Shown: positions 1-14,870, counted from the first letter of the stretch. The stretch: DNA of 64,000 nt from Octopus bimaculoides (GCF_001194135.2 NC_068990.1:10083736-10147735); one strand, 5' to 3'. Notes: a model not told the origin generated them from the sequence alone. Made by a program: numbers and translations.

Positions 1-1085
1 AAAAAATTTGTATTTCAAGAAAATTTCCGCCAAATCTAATTATGCAATCTTGTCTTTTTCGTCATGTCATCCAACCAAGCAATTCTTCTAACTAACTCCT
101 GCTGTGTATTTTACTTTCTTTCATGAGTTTTGTTTTGTTATTCGTAACTTTTGTGTCTTCTTTCAAAGTATAAAGATGATTTCTGAAATAATTATATTTG
201 TTTATTAGAAATGTTGTGAAATATCATTGTACATATGTTTAAAGACAGACATTTATTTTAAAGACAAATTTAATTTTATAAGGCTGTTAAAGTATGCATA
301 TTTGAACGTACGAAGCGAAAACAAAAAGTACGTAACACCGGAAATATCAATGAAAATGCAATGGTGCTTCTAGTATTCTGTTAAAATTCTAAATGTCATT
401 CCATTATTAATGAAATCATGAAAAACAGGTGTGTAGATCTTGACAAAAGTTTAGTGAAATGCATAATACATACATGCAAGAAAAATGAAAATTAATGAAT
501 ATCAGAAACTTATGTAAGAAACATATTTGATGAATCAGTGATTTCTCTGTTTCAATATTTTTTAAAGGTCGAGGGAAAGGAAATAAAAACTTGATATAAA
601 TATATATTCTTACTTCTTATGTTATAATCTGAATTTTTAGTTGACGTTTCTGCAACTGAATAAAATTCTAACAGATTAGAAACATATACACCTTGTATGT
701 ATTCACTTTTTGCTCTCGGTCACATCATAGATTGTTCAATTGTTGAGCGAATATGGTAATTTTATATCAAGCATTTTTATTGTACGATCATCTTTGAAGA
801 TTACCATTTTTAGGATGATTGCGATTGAAAGGAATGAAATATAAGATAGTCAAATAAAAATTGGTCATGATCTCCCATTGCTTGTTCCTTCCATATACAA
901 ACTCCAATCTGGTGTGGCTTGCAGGGTACATAAAGGCACATCAAATAATGCGTTCATTCTACTCAGTTCATCAATTAAGCAGTCCCAGAAAAATGTAACT
1001 AACCCGTTAAATCAACATTTATGTGGGTGTATGTCTGAGTTAATAACCGATTTTTGTGTGAATATATGAATATATGCATAGTTCA

Positions 1086-1127
1086 TACATACATACATAC
1101 ATACATGTATACATACACACACACACA

Positions 1128-1172
<45 letters not shown>
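1086..1172. repeat. (TACA)n/(CA)n compound microsatellite
   Basis: Direct reading of tandem TACA then CA units. Confidence 0.95.
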
Positions 1173-1173
<1 letters not shown>

Positions 1174-1544
1174 TCATGTTGGGTCGAAGCGACCATTGTA
1201 CAAAATAAAGTTTAATACCAGATGTATTTTACGGTTACCTAATCTATTATCATTATGTCAGTAAACAGTGGGGCGTTCCCGAGATATACCTCACTTCAAC
1301 ACACTAATCGCCATATGCCCATTAGTCCGAAATAGNNNNNNNNNNNNNNNNNNNNNNNNNNNNNNNNNNNNNNNNNNNNNNNNNNNNNNNNNNNNNNNNN
1401 NNNNNNNNNNNNNNNNNNNNNNNNNNNNNNNNNNNNNNTGTGTGTGTGTGTATGTGTGTGTGTGTGTGTGTGTGCATATATACATATATATGTTTATATG
1501 TGTGTCTATGTATTTTATCCGTGTTAGTCGTAATTTCGTTCTAT

Positions 1545-1640
1545 TAACTCAGTGGTTTGGCCAAAGACAGCGATATATTTAGTACCAGGATTTGAAACGT
1601 ATGTACCGGGCTAGATTCGTTCCACTAAACACTGTCAAGT
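1545..1640 (+). mobile_element. Degraded SINE 3' fragment
   Basis: agtaccagg...gtaccgggctagattcgttccactaaac...tcaagttgctgtcccag resembles the SINE tail seen better preserved at 23685-23870 and 26860-27060. Confidence 0.45.
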
Positions 1641-2519
1641 TGCTGTCCCAGAAGAGGGAGTATGAGATACAGGCACAGAGAAAGAGTTGCAGGGCGAGAG
1701 AGGAGAGACTGCGTGTTGTATTGATATGAATGACTCGCTGCACGCCAAACGAATCTTTTCAGGCATATATTTATTTTCCTTAGAAATCTAACAATTAAAA
1801 TGATCAGATCACGAACGAAAGCGCCAGTAAAATAATTACAGTGAAATTGAACTTATGAACACATGTTTTCATACTTATGATAACGTAAGTTTTCAACTTA
1901 GGAAAATGAAATGAGAAATCCATTTTTAATTTACTTTGTAATTTACTATTTACTTTTGTTGAGATTCGGTGCAAGAAATCTCTACTTATACGTATGTTGT
2001 TTATATATTAGTCTCTATGTCAGGAATGATTCTGGTCTAATAATAAATGAAGTAAATGTGTATGATAAGTATTGACTACACATTCATAATGTTTTTAAGG
2101 TAATTGCTGAATTGTGTAAAGCGGAATTAGGCCTCCTGAATTTAATGTGTAATTGTGTTATACTTCTATGGTTTTCGAATGCTAATCGAATTTTAATTAC
2201 TGATACATTCCTAAAGCAATTCCTGAGTAACAATGCTATATCTATTCGTGTTCCATTATTACGCTTACTTATGTATAAATTATTCGTCATTTAATCATGC
2301 ATATGATAATTTACACAATTTGTTTACGTAATATTACCTCAACGAAGCAAACGAATTAGAGAAAATATACTCATCCAGCTCGATCTCGAAGACAGTCTAT
2401 CTGGAATGAAATATATCCTTTAAATTCTCGTCAAAAGTTCCTCATCATTTGTACTTAAGCTAAAGTAGTCAATATACATGAAACAACCCCACAATATATT
2501 CATTAAGAACGGCACGGAA

Positions 2520-2639
<120 letters not shown>

Positions 2640-4384
2640 AATATATATTTCTTTTTTTCACATATATAGATATATTATAAAACAAATCATGCGCATAATA
2701 TAAAATGAGGTAAATGTTTCTCAAAAACAATGATAACCTCTTTCATAATATGCAGAATGATTCGGTAAAAGGGAATAGAACAGGATTGAAATGAACTACT
2801 TCAGGAAGAAAATATCGAGCGCAGACATGTAATTTATTAACATTTTCGGAAACGAAATTTAACGGAAAAAATAAAAATCCCAGTCATGTACAGTATGTCA
2901 CTGGAAATGTAAAGCAGCGTAATTATTTCACGTACACAAATACCCACATACCAAAAATCGTACGCTTGTGATGTGATTGCGATGTATCGTACCGATATTT
3001 AAAAATATACAAGTGCATGCTCTTATTTAACCAAACGTAAGTTGATGCAAAATTAAATCATGTTTTCAAACTAAATATATGCTAATGACAAATATTTTAC
3101 AGAAAGTTTACTCTCATTAGAGTAAATATTGTTTCCAAAATAATTTAACACCTCCATGTTATTGATCGCTGGAAATCGGAACATTATATTCTAGCTTATG
3201 AAAGTTTTAAAAAGAAAATAGAAATGCATTCAATTTTGTGTGAACACACAGAAATTGTCTGTAGGAATCACTTAGATAGGAAAAGTAAATACACTATATA
3301 AATATGAAGATATCCTGCCACTTTCTAACAATAAGTATATATTCGTGAATACATTAGAACATAAACACACGCATTTAATGACAACCATAACACAACGTAT
3401 GCATGCACTGAATTTGAAGCAAACATGACATAATGACATATGCATACCTATTTGCATGCACAGTTACATGACCTAACACACACTCTCGTACACAAGACAC
3501 ATTCGTGCACAGCTTAATATGTCGGATATAATTATATTTCCTATTGTCATTATGTTTAAACTATCATTATATTTTATTATATTACGCATCTGAACACGCG
3601 TTCATTTCATGCTTATAGAGATATTCCCTGAGACGCTTCACGCAAAACTTATTTTTGCGCTATTCACAATATATCTCCATTACTCTTCTATTGTTGATTT
3701 CTGTAAATTGATTCCAAACAATATCTTAATAAAACTGCGTTTATTAGAGCAATTATTTGCAAGTAAAGTGATCGTAATGCAATTTTCAATACTTTCGTCT
3801 CTTTTCATGTGAATAATCGACATAGATCTGTGGCACTATATCTAGACAAAATAGTTACTGTTTAGATGTTGGCTTGCTATCTAATAAGACTGTGCACCTG
3901 TTTCTGGTGCATATAGTTGATGATCGATCAGCTATGAACGTTGATTTGAATCTGTATATTTTAAGACGTGTTACTATTGTATTTGCCGATGCACTTATTC
4001 CTTATATGATATGGAATGGCTGTTTTTAAATAGGAAGAACACTTCGATAGGGCTGATATATTTTGGAACGAGTAAGTCGCTGCTGTTGATTACAGTACTG
4101 ATTGAGCCAGACGAAATCGCGATAGTGGCTAAACTGACGGTGCTAAACCACGGCCGTTACTTGCTCATTTCTGTTATCAAAAACAGGATAGAAGTGAACA
4201 CTTGCCAACGTAGAAGAAAGTGAAAATAAATGTCATATGTCAGTCTCTAAATACTAAGCTTATTAACTATCTATGAGATAAAAGTGGGTTCATGTTTACA
4301 CTTTTCTGTCGGTTTGGAACGAGAAAGTAAAACAAAAAATATGAAATGAAGAAGAAATATTGTTGCCCATTCTATAATTAAAGA

Positions 4385-6450
4385 GACAGGGTTATCAAAG
4401 GTTACTGAATCTATGGACAAATTTTAGGTATTTTTTCTTCCAGCGTATATTCAGTGAACCTTTTCTAAGTCATCTGTAAATAGGAGATAATTTACAGTTT
4501 GTCCATAGCATCTGTAACCCACGGTAGTTTCATTTAACATGTTTGTTAATGGGATCAGAGCAAGGCAGAAATGTAGGGGGTGTCAATGATTTTCCCAAGG
4601 AAATCCCTCGTTTAATGGGTAGTGGTCAGGTTTTTCTGTCTTGTGCTTTAATTCTCACGGTCATGCTTGTCTTCCAGCTTGCAGTTTGCAATTGCACAGC
4701 TGATATATTTTAGTAATTTATGATCTACTTTATATGTGTGGAGAGACTCCAGTATCCATGAGTGCAGAACACTGTCGAACGTCTGGCAATCAATTCAAAT
4801 CATGCTGAGAGTTGTTTCTCTCTTTCTACAGTCCTATACTGGTTCGAGGCACCAAAAGCTACTCTTTACATCCATATATCATTTTCTGGCATCCCTTTTG
4901 TTTTGGTAATCAATGTTATTTTTTTCTGGTGTGTTACAAGCGGCCGGTTATAGATAACTGACGTGAAGGATTTATAGGTTGTTTGTAGGCATTTTATTGG
5001 CCTATATTTTTGTAGGTGTATGGTGTCCTAGTTTTTAGATATTTACATGGTTTGTCCTTCCAGCATTCAGGTTGGTGTTGATTCTGGCTTGCATATTATG
5101 AAGTTAAATGGCGCTATTATGTGAATATGAGTACTAGTGAGGTGTTTCAGTCAAAAGCAGTAAACCTTGTCTATCCATGCTACATTTTAGTTACTGGTAG
5201 TCCTCAATGTATCTGTGATCTTTTGGTTTGTAATGGTGAGTCATGCCTGTGGTGCTTTTTACACTTTCTTTTCTTTTCTCTGTTTATCCATTGAGCATTT
5301 TTGTTCTATTTCTATCTGCTCTATGTTTGTTTCTAGTATGACTGAATTTCAGCCATTTTTGGCATATTCCCTATTGATATAGTATTTTCCTGAAAATTCT
5401 TTCTTTGTTTATTTCCAATTCTGCATCTTCTCAGAAGAAACGTTTACGTTTGTTATACCATTGTCTGCAGCATGTTTTTGTTGCTTTGCCCTGCAAATTC
5501 TTTCTTTTACTTCCCAGGAACCTTCTTTACTTCTTACGATGTATTCTATTGTTATATAGGTCTTCTTTTTTTTTATTTTTCATCGTTGATCGTTTTTTCT
5601 TTAATTCACAAAGTAAGGATATGTTTTCTCGTGCTTTTTGTTTGGCTTATTATGTTCTCTTTCAACTTTGGGGTTTGGAGACTTGGCTGACATTTCTCTA
5701 TCAACTCCAGTTTCCTTGCAGAATACATGAGGTTGTTAAGTCTGTCGATATCTACGGTATCTTTTGATGTGGTCATTGTTTTTGTAGGACTCCATTGTAT
5801 CTATTTCTTCTTTCACAGGTTTGTTTATTCATTTTGTTTTATAGTTTGGGAAGATGTTTAGACTGACTTGTATTTATCGACTGTGTGAAGTTTCCGTCTT
5901 CTATTTTTGTCATTGTTGCAGTCAGTTCGTTCCCTGCAAGGGTTATAGTTGCTTAGGAATGGTTTGTGTTATTTTGTTTATTGCTGTTTTGAGTTTCAGC
6001 ATCTACTTGTTTGAATACACTGTTGTGATCTGCTGTGCTTTAATATATATTTCTGATGCAGGTAGCTGTGAAGTGATTCTACTTTGGTTTAGCTTATGTA
6101 CTATGTCCATGGCAACCTCTGCTGTATTACTTTTTTTTTGTGGGGTCCATTGTGTTTTGGGGGATATAATGTCTGATGTGCTATTTAATGTTTGATTGTA
6201 GTCTAAGTTTTTGAATTGTCATTTTTTAAATTTTCAGTGTGTATGTTTTCTATGAGCTTGTCTATTTCGGTTTTGGGAACGCTCCCTTCTAATCGGATGT
6301 TTGCTAATATATTTTGCGTGATACTTGTCATTATATCTTTATTATTTTCCTTCCATATATATCTTATTTTATTCTTTTTTGTTTTGGGTATAATGTTGCG
6401 GTGTAGAATACGTATAGTACTTCAAAATAATCGTCCTCTGTCCCCTGTCC
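4385..6450 (-). mobile_element. Decayed R4/Dong-clade non-LTR retrotransposon (N-terminal region plus RT, 3'-truncated)
   Basis: Minus-strand translation across frameshifts gives KYRPIKCLQTTYKSFTSVI (~5008-4950), TLSMI*IDCQTFDSVLHSWILESL (~4815-4740), IKRGISLGKSLTPPTF (~4616-4570) and YLLFTDDL (4489-4467). These match the R4/Dong RT motifs YRPITCL, NLSMAWIDYKKAFDSVPHSW, GIFQGDSLSP and HLLYMDDL. Confidence 0.88.
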
Positions 6451-7417
6451 TCTTCTGATCTTCATTTTTGTCTGCGGTGTAACATTATAAGATGTGTCTG
6501 TCTGTCTGTCCAATGCTAACTTTTTGACAGAACACCGTCTCTTGACGTGTGCTACGACTTCTTTCAAATCGTAATTTCCTGGGACTCACAGATCGAAATT
6601 CACTACTATTATCTTGTCACCAATATTTTAACTTTCAACCACATGTTCGCCGAATGTTCCACGCGCTCTCTCATTTTAAATTTATATACTCTTTTGGACC
6701 CGTTCTTTTATATGTTATAAATACTCACTCGATAATCTTTAATGCTTCCGTGCTTGTTCTAGTGATTCACTTCTCCCCTTCGTTTTACGTCGTTGCCTAG
6801 ACTGTCTCATTCTTTCTCTTGCTAACGTATATCGTCTGTCATACATACATTATAAACAAATGTCAATTTTCAAGCGAGTAGACGATAAACAATTGCAGTT
6901 ATAAACATACGTTAAGTGATAGGTAATATGAATATTTAGTTTGAACTTTTTTTAATTACTATTTTCACTGTCCAATCACCACTGCCACCTCTATGACCGT
7001 TATCTTCATGACCACCACCAACACCACTGGCATTATAGTTTTCGATAACAAAGCTCAGTATAAACTGCTTGTCATCGAATATACCGTTTCATTTCAGTTC
7101 AGGTGTTTGTTTATATCTACTTTTCTTGCTTTCAATAAAGATTTAATAAAATGAAAATGACTAAAAAAAAAAAGGAGCAAAACATAACAAAAACACCCAC
7201 AGCTATTTTTCTGTTATTTCACTTGCATTGAAAAAAATCTATCTTTCTATGATGAGTTTATTATTCTAATTATTCTTCCTTCGGTCCACCGATGAATGTC
7301 AATGTTTAGATAGGTAAATAGGTCGACAGATACAAGACAAAAAAATTGAATATTAAATTATTTTCTTTTAAGTCACAATAATGTATGATGTTTAAAATTT
7401 CTCTCTGCTACACACAC

Positions 7418-7640
7418 GCTCTCTCTCTTTCTCTCTCTCTTCCTCTCTCTCTTCCNNNNNNNNNNTCTCTCTCACTCACTCTCTCTCTCTCCCTCCCTCT
7501 CTCTTCCTCCCTCCATCTTTCTCCCACCCAATTCTCCCTCCTCCTATCTCCCGCCCCTTATCTCCTTCCCCTATCTCCCTCCCCTGTCTCCCTCCCCCTC
7601 TATTCCCCTATCTGCCCCCTATCTGTCCCCTCTCCCTTTT
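7418..7640. repeat. (CT)n microsatellite grading into a C/T-rich polypyrimidine tract
   Basis: Direct reading; includes a 10-N gap. Confidence 0.9.
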
Positions 7641-9149
7641 TGCCCTATAGTTGCGGACAGATGTAAGTTATTCATGCATTCCAGCGTGTTGTCTAACGCT
7701 AATTTAACTCTGGTTCAGCAAGTTTAAGAACAAAAAAGGTTCCAATCACAAATATGTTCTGTCATTGTTTTTACGACTGCTGCTATGATGTGAGAGAGTT
7801 TGACAATTATTTATAACAAGTTATATGACCACGTACAATATTCTGTGCTCATTGTAGCTATGCAAGCCATTGGAACAAACATCGAATTAAAATTAATATT
7901 CCATATTTCACACTGCGACCGAATGTTTATTGGGTAACAAACGTCGAACACGTAATATTTTCAAAACATTATTATATGATGCCAAAGTTCAACAAAGAGT
8001 TTTCATTTACAGGGTGGGGATTATGTTGGATAAATTTAATTTGCAGATGAAATGACTGGAATATCAAAATTTTGTTTCATTTATTTCAACCTATTTAATT
8101 TTTGTCAGCGGATAATATTTTAATTACATATCGATTTTCATAATGAAAATGGACTTCTGTCCAACAACCGACAGGGCATTAACATGTCAAACAAATGTTA
8201 TGATGTGGCATAGCTTGAGGATTTAAATGATAAATACGAAATAATATCGTGTTAAACTGGGGGTGGGGTCTTATTTTCCACAACAATATTATATAGAAAT
8301 GAGGAGACAGCTACGAAGCAGAATTGACAGCCAAAGATAGAATCTATAGTCATATATTTTCAACCATTAACGACATAACTTATTGCAGCCGTAAATAACC
8401 CATGTTATGTAGGTTATGAAGAACAGCAACAACTCAAGGGAACTTAGCAAAACAATAAGTTACAGTTTGAGGGATATTAGTTATCTGATGTCGATGAAGA
8501 GCACGCCGTTACTTCCTTTTATTTGAATGGCATTTCGTTTTAAATACAGAGTTAAGAACGTTCAGATTCATCACCACAGATAAGCAAAATATATATTTTT
8601 TTCCACAGCTACTCACAAATATACAAGAAGTTTGGATATTTGTGTCAGAATTATACATACCGAAGACGTTTAGATTCATTAAAATTTTATTAATGTACCA
8701 TCAATTTCTTTTTATCTGTCACTTCTGAGTTTTACTAAATTTATCCCTAAAAGCATTCTTTAAATGTTTCCTTCACATTCAATATAAATTTGTTTTCTTC
8801 TTTTTCGATATTTTGTATAATTTATTTAATACCATAAAAACAGAATGTTCGCAAGATCATCAAATTTTACTTTATTATGATTTACAATGCCATTTTCTTA
8901 AAATTCCAATAACGTACAGCAAAGCAGATTACCCTTTGTATTTTATCATTTCATTATTCTTTTCTTATTTGTTTATATGCAAACAAAAAAAAGTTTCACA
9001 TACCAAGCGATTATTTTCTACGTCAGAAAATGTGCAGGTTCATTATAAATCAGTATAAATGGTGAAATGTCAATCTTATGCTTCTCTATCATTTCATTTA
9101 TTCTTGCAAACACAAACGACATCATATAGGTGTTTGTGTGTGTGTGCGT

Positions 9150-9151
<2 letters not shown>

Positions 9152-9196
<45 letters not shown>
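9152..9196. repeat. (GA)n microsatellite
   Basis: Direct reading. Confidence 0.97.
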
Positions 9197-9197
<1 letters not shown>

Positions 9198-9518
9198 ATG
9201 CATTTATATCGACGCAGTGCACACAAACGTACATAGACAGATACGCGTACAAATATATACACGATTACGTATTTGTCTTGCAAGATACTTATGTCTAGAC
9301 AGTTATTGTTATAGTTTGGGCAGGTCATGTTTTCCAATAATTTGGTACTTATTTTGTCAGTTCCTTTATGCCAAACCACTTACATATGGGGATGTAAACA
9401 AACCAATAACGTTAGTCACCCGGTGTTTGGAGACGATCACAATCTCTAAAATACAAACAAAACCCCACCCGCATAAATACTCTCTCTTTCTCACACACTA
9501 TTTATATATGTATATATA

Positions 9519-10680
9519 CTGGGTGATCCAATAAATAATGCGTTTCTTTTTTACTTCTTTTATTTTACACAATTAAGAGAAACAAATTTCGTTTTCAATC
9601 TAAAGTATATTCTGCTTCGTTTTCTACAATGCTCTTCCATATATCTGCTAGATTTGCGAGACGCCGCTTCCAAAATACTCTTGTCCGTGAGGAAAACTAC
9701 TCCTCCAAAACCGTTCTGACGTAATCTACAGATTTCATATTTTTTTCCATCAAATGATTTTCAAGACTGCGGAATAAATGATAAACTGATGGGGCTATGT
9801 CCGGCGAATATGGTGGGTGGGGAATTGCTGTATGTGGTCAAGCATTGACCTGATATAAGAACACCTTTCGTCTTGAAACCAAAGATGGTCGGTTTTCTTC
9901 TAGCCGCTCAAGGTGATCGCAGTAGATCTCCTTTGTTATTGTTTGGTTTGGGTTTAAACTTGAAAATAAATTAAACATTTGATATCCCACTAAACACCTT
10001 ACGTGGGTGAAGACCTTCTTTAGCATGGGGTGCTGGTGTCTCTCGTTTCCCAATCTACTGTCTTCGGCGCTTGACGTTTTTATAGAGAACACATTTCTCA
10101 CCACCAGTCACTTCATACGTGAGATCTGACAGCCAACAAGAGCACACATCCACTCTCTGCCACGCGATTAAACATGGAAATTTCTGAGGAACACATTTTT
10201 CCAAGTTGCTGACATTTTCGATGAAACACAGTGGTCGATGAATGGTTGAATAACCAAATCCGAGATTCTCTGCTAGTTCCTCAACAGTTACGATGGGATT
10301 TTGTTCCACCAGGTTGTGCAGGAATTCTACGTCGAGCTCTACAGATCTTCCAGGACGAGGCTTTTCATCTAAGCTGTAGTTTCAGGCTCGGAATTTATTG
10401 AACCATCGTTGACCCTGGCTTACGTTTATTTTCCGGTCGCCATATAAAGCATTAATATTCGTCGCACTTTCCGTTGCATTGTTGCCTTTATTGAAAATCC
10501 CGAATATGGTCCTTCGTCACTTCCATTATAGCTTTGAAAAAATATTTGTTAAAATTGGACTGCACACATCTAAATTTGTACTAAGAAATTAATGCCTGCT
10601 TTTATAGCAAGTTGATGCAGGTAGTTTATCCCGTTTCACTCCGACTTTTAGTTCATGCAATTGAAAATGCATATATATAT
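9519..10680 (-). mobile_element. Decayed mariner (D,D34D-type) transposon
   Basis: Minus strand reads QRWFNKFRA*NYSLDEKPRPGRS, EQNPIVTVEELAENLGFGYSTIHR, VTGGEKCVLYKNVKRRRQ, ENRPSLVSRRKVFLYQVNA and PHPPYSPDIAP. A TIR-like end ctgggtgatccaataaataatgcg follows TA at 9517-9518; the other TIR is degenerate near 10660-10680. Confidence 0.92.
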
Positions 10681-11834
10681 TACTACGTTTGAGTCGATTG
10701 GATATAAAACAGGCAGATTTATTTCATGCTATTTTTAACGATGTATAACAATTCATCAAAGACAGGATCTTAGTTATAGGTAAACCTTATTTATGACGCA
10801 AGATAGAATTATCATATAGTTCAACACCTTTGGTAAATGTCATTGCTGTGTTGTAAGTATTTGACTTGGTTTATTGCACTATGTATACTTGTAAAGCATT
10901 TAGTATATCTTGCATTTGTGTTCCATGGATTTGTAATGACATGGCTACTGCTACGACTGCAATATAAATTCAAATCGCCATATTGAAATATCTTGCATCC
11001 GAAATTCAATTAAATATACGGAATAATTTATATAGTTTAGTACTGATAGAGTATAATATAGCGTTTACTTTTGATATATTCTCAGAAGCGTTCATACATG
11101 CCAACGGACATATAAATGTAGGTATACAGACGCACATGAACACGCTCACCTTTACACGCATCCATACAGACATACAGACACACACACACACACACACGCG
11201 CACACACACGCACACACACACACACACACACAAACACACAGATATATATATATATATATACAGGGCATTGTAGTTAGCTTGAAGCATTGTGTATTGTTTG
11301 TACACAATAATAAATAATAATAATGTGTTTTGAATGGCACAACAATGTACTATAATAACGACAATGTACCGTGATATATATATGTACTATATATATATAT
11401 AAAGACATTCATACATTAATATGTAATACGTGTGAGATTAATTCAACAGAAAGACCTTCATATAGATCAACTGAATGCATCGTTTTGGATGCTGGATCTT
11501 TGTTTCCAACTGAGTGAAACCTTATATGTAAAGAATAGTTTCCACTTCAGCAATGATTTATATCAGAGAATACTTCATGAAAATTAACTCTTGTTCATCT
11601 ATTACAGGATCGTTTGTAAATGGGATTAAGAATAGTGTTCGAATTACAGGGCGATTATTGAGACAATAAAAGCAATTCCTCCTGAAATTGAATTACGCGA
11701 GGATAATCAACGAAATAATATTTGTTGTTATTCATGAAAATCGATTTATTCACTCGTACGTTTAAGGGGTGAATTTAGGTTGTATTCGCCATATAAATAT
11801 GTGTGTGTGCATGTCAGTAATGATACAGTATATA

Positions 11835-12250
11835 CAGGTTGTTCGGGCTAAATTTGACGATAAGGTATGCCTCATTTGTTTCTCAGAGAGTGCTTGATGT
11901 ATTGGTGAACAGTCAATGACATTGGAGATCATAAAATTAAGTTTTAATTGAGAAAGCGTTAGCTTACATGGGAGGTTAAAATTCATTTGAATATTGGAAA
12001 AAGAGTCAAGTGCAGCAAGCTCATTGGTGCCGGAATAAAAGCCAGGCAGAAGAGCTTGACGAAGATAGAAAAGCGTACGAACAAGTTCAGACATTCTACT
12101 GAGCCGGGGATTATGTGGTTCTTGTTGGATGAAAGAAACGTCTACCAGAAGTGGCAAATCTCTGAACACGGTATTCAGTTCAGACTGTTATGCTGGAGAC
12201 CGCATTGAAAACCTGGTTGGAAATGGTTGTGTTTTGTGGTAGCAGGAATT
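11835..12250 (+). mobile_element. Tc1/mariner-superfamily fragment (maT/DD37D-like), cut by a gap
   Basis: TA-CAGGTTGTTC terminal-like start. The frame gives TNKFRHSTEPGIMWFLLDERNVYQKW, resembling the KLKHP.EPG..WFFSDEKNF motif around the first catalytic Asp. The subfamily call is tentative. Confidence 0.6.
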
Positions 12251-13000
12251 NNNNNNNNNNNNNNNNNNNNNNNNNNNNNNNNNNNNNNNNNNNNNNNNNN
12301 NNNNNNNNNNNNNNNNNNNNNNNNNNNNNNNNNNNNNNNNNNNNNNNNNNNNNNNNNNNNNNNNNNNNNNNNNNNNNNNNNNNNNNNNNNNNNNNNNNNN
12401 NNNNNNNNNNNNNNNNNNNNNNNNNNNNNNNNNNNNNNNNNNNNNNNNNNNNNNNNNNNNNNNNNNNNNNNNNNNNNNNNNNNNNNNNNNNNNNNNNNNN
12501 NNNNNNNNNNNNNNNNNNNNNNNNNNNNNNNNNNNNNNNNNNNNNNNNNNNNNNNNNNNNNNNNNNNNNNNNNNNNNNNNNNNNNNNNNNNNNNNNNNNN
12601 NNNNNNNNNNNNNNNNNNNNNNNNNNNNNNNNNNNNNNNNNNNNNNNNNNNNNNNNNNNNNNNNNNNNNNNNNNNNNNNNNNNNNNNNNNNNNNNNNNNN
12701 NNNNNNNNNNNNNNNNNNNNNNNNNNNNNNNNNNNNNNNNNNNNNNNNNNNNNNNNNNNNNNNNNNNNNNNNNNNNNNNNNNNNNNNNNNNNNNNNNNNN
12801 NNNNNNNNNNNNNNNNNNNNNNNNNNNNNNNNNNNNNNNNNNNNNTATATATATATATCAATTACTCGCATATATATCGTTACGTTTCTCCTTTCCTTCA
12901 AATTGAATTTATGGTGCTAGTTATACGTATTTCCATTTATATATAAATACACACCCAACACACATATACGGATGTATATCTATCTTTATTTACACTCGCT

Positions 13001-13033
<33 letters not shown>

Positions 13034-13689
13034 ATATGTATGTAAGTATATATATGTACCTATGTATGTACGTATGTATACATCTATCTATATATGCGCA
13101 CATACATTTACTTTGTTATGTCTCTGTCACGTTGCTATAATTGAAGGGTGCTTCTTCAATGTAAGTGTTATTTTTTTTCTCGAAATCTTTAAGGCGATCA
13201 CACATATGCACATGAAAATGCATTCTCCCCACCACACACATCTCCCTCCAGAGACGTACACAGACATACACACACTGGCACATCAACACGCACATATATG
13301 ACCTTCCGTCTTCGTTTGTTTATTCCACAGCTTTAATGTATGTAACACGTAAATACTACAGGCAGATGTATCATTAAATCGATTAACTTGTAGAGACAGA
13401 GTAATTATTATTATGAATATTCATTTGATGTTTGTCACGTCTGGACGAAGGAAATTAAAACATGATTTGCCATATTCCCTTCGCATTTCCATTTCATTCA
13501 AACAATGTCACAGTTTTATTTTGCTGGTTTCATAATTTTCTTTATATTATCTAAATTGTTGTTAAATGTCCAAGTACATCCTGTCTATCGTTTTACTTGT
13601 CGCTAATTTTGTTTTAATATTATTTTTTATTTTCAATAATAGATCAATGGATACATATATGCATAGATACACCTATTATGTATAGAAAT

Positions 13690-14870
13690 ATGCAACATAT
13701 CTTTCTTGTAACAAGAGAAGTTATGCAGCACACCTACATTGTTTATCACCAAATTAAGTAAAACAAACCATTACAATAGAAAGAGGAGAATATCTACATA
13801 GAAACACCGACACCAAATAAAAAAAAATTAAAATTAAAAACTTATAGACATAAAAATGACCACAGCTAGAATTATATATATAGGACTTACTAAATCAGAT
13901 AAACTAAATATTACTAACTAAGGAGTAAACTTACCAATACCAGGATTAACTTGCTCAGCTTCCTAATGAATATCAGAGCGATTTCCATACCGTAGGCCAT
14001 GATCCCTAAATTTGACGGTATCAAATGGCATTTCAAACAAAGTCTAACGCCATCTGGGGAGATATAAATCTAATAGTTTGTACCAGGATCGTAATTATAT
14101 ACATAAGTACATAAAACCCGATTTCATTGTTACACAAAATTCAATCACACCAATTTCAAAATCTATAATCACTTCAGTCAATCAAAATTAAATAACTATA
14201 AAGCGATAACTAAAAAAAGAAATACAAACACCATAAATTAGACTAATCAAGAAAGTTGCGCTATACCCATACATATCCTTATTCAAAAACAAATACCCAT
14301 GACCAACGAATAACATCTACTAATCCCTTAGGAACACTTAATGTCAAAATACATATAATTATAAATCAGATATATCTATCGAGTGAACAACATCCTATAT
14401 TTACAAAGCACATCTCAAACAGCCATTGAAAATTATAACAAAACATCATATTAAAGAATGCATAATTTGATAATCATTCGCTCCAATTGTTCCTGCTTAC
14501 CAGGAAACCTGTTTACGCTATGTATCTCCTACCCATGCCACGTACACAACTGGCCGGAATCAACTTGAATACTGTGGATGTGCCAGTAATAATACAGTGC
14601 GAACTGCGGTAGAATAATACCTATTGACCAACTAAATCCACCCAAAAACGAAGAACAAACACAAGAAAATACAACAACGCGAGGCCGTGGTACATGCAGA
14701 GTATTGAAAGACGCTCTGGGAAGGAAAGAAAGGTAGCTTTACGTCTCGAGCAAAGCTCTTCGTCAGAAGCAGAAGGATGAAAGTCCAAGGGAAAGGGAAG
14801 ACGGAAGGAAAATATCGCCAACCAACCACATGTGGTTATATTACACCCCCGCGCGCACACACACGAATAC
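13690..14870 (+). mobile_element. Decayed Penelope-like retroelement (RT C-terminus, GIY-YIG region and terminal pLTR-like segment)
   Basis: Fragmentary plus-strand peptides TYRHKND (YRKP-like thumb), YPYSKTNT (NPPYSKNVKTN-like), NNILYLQST (NVVY-like GIY-YIG strand) and IQCEL (C-terminal CxLC-like). The non-coding 3' segment 14640-14850 is homologous in reverse to 25905-26062 and carries a hammerhead motif. Confidence 0.65.
14736..14770 (-). ncRNA. Minimal type I hammerhead ribozyme motif, with an A14G core substitution
   Basis: Minus strand: GCTT CTGACGA A GAGC-TTT-GCTC GAGAC GTA AAGC. Stem I is 4 bp, stem II 4 bp, stem III is the palindrome ACGT, and the core reads GAGA instead of GAAA. 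Confidence 0.7.

Noticed and set aside
5405-6458. Several plus-strand hydrophobic ORFs (72-120 aa)
   Set aside because: They are antisense frames of the A-rich R4/Dong LINE on the minus strand.
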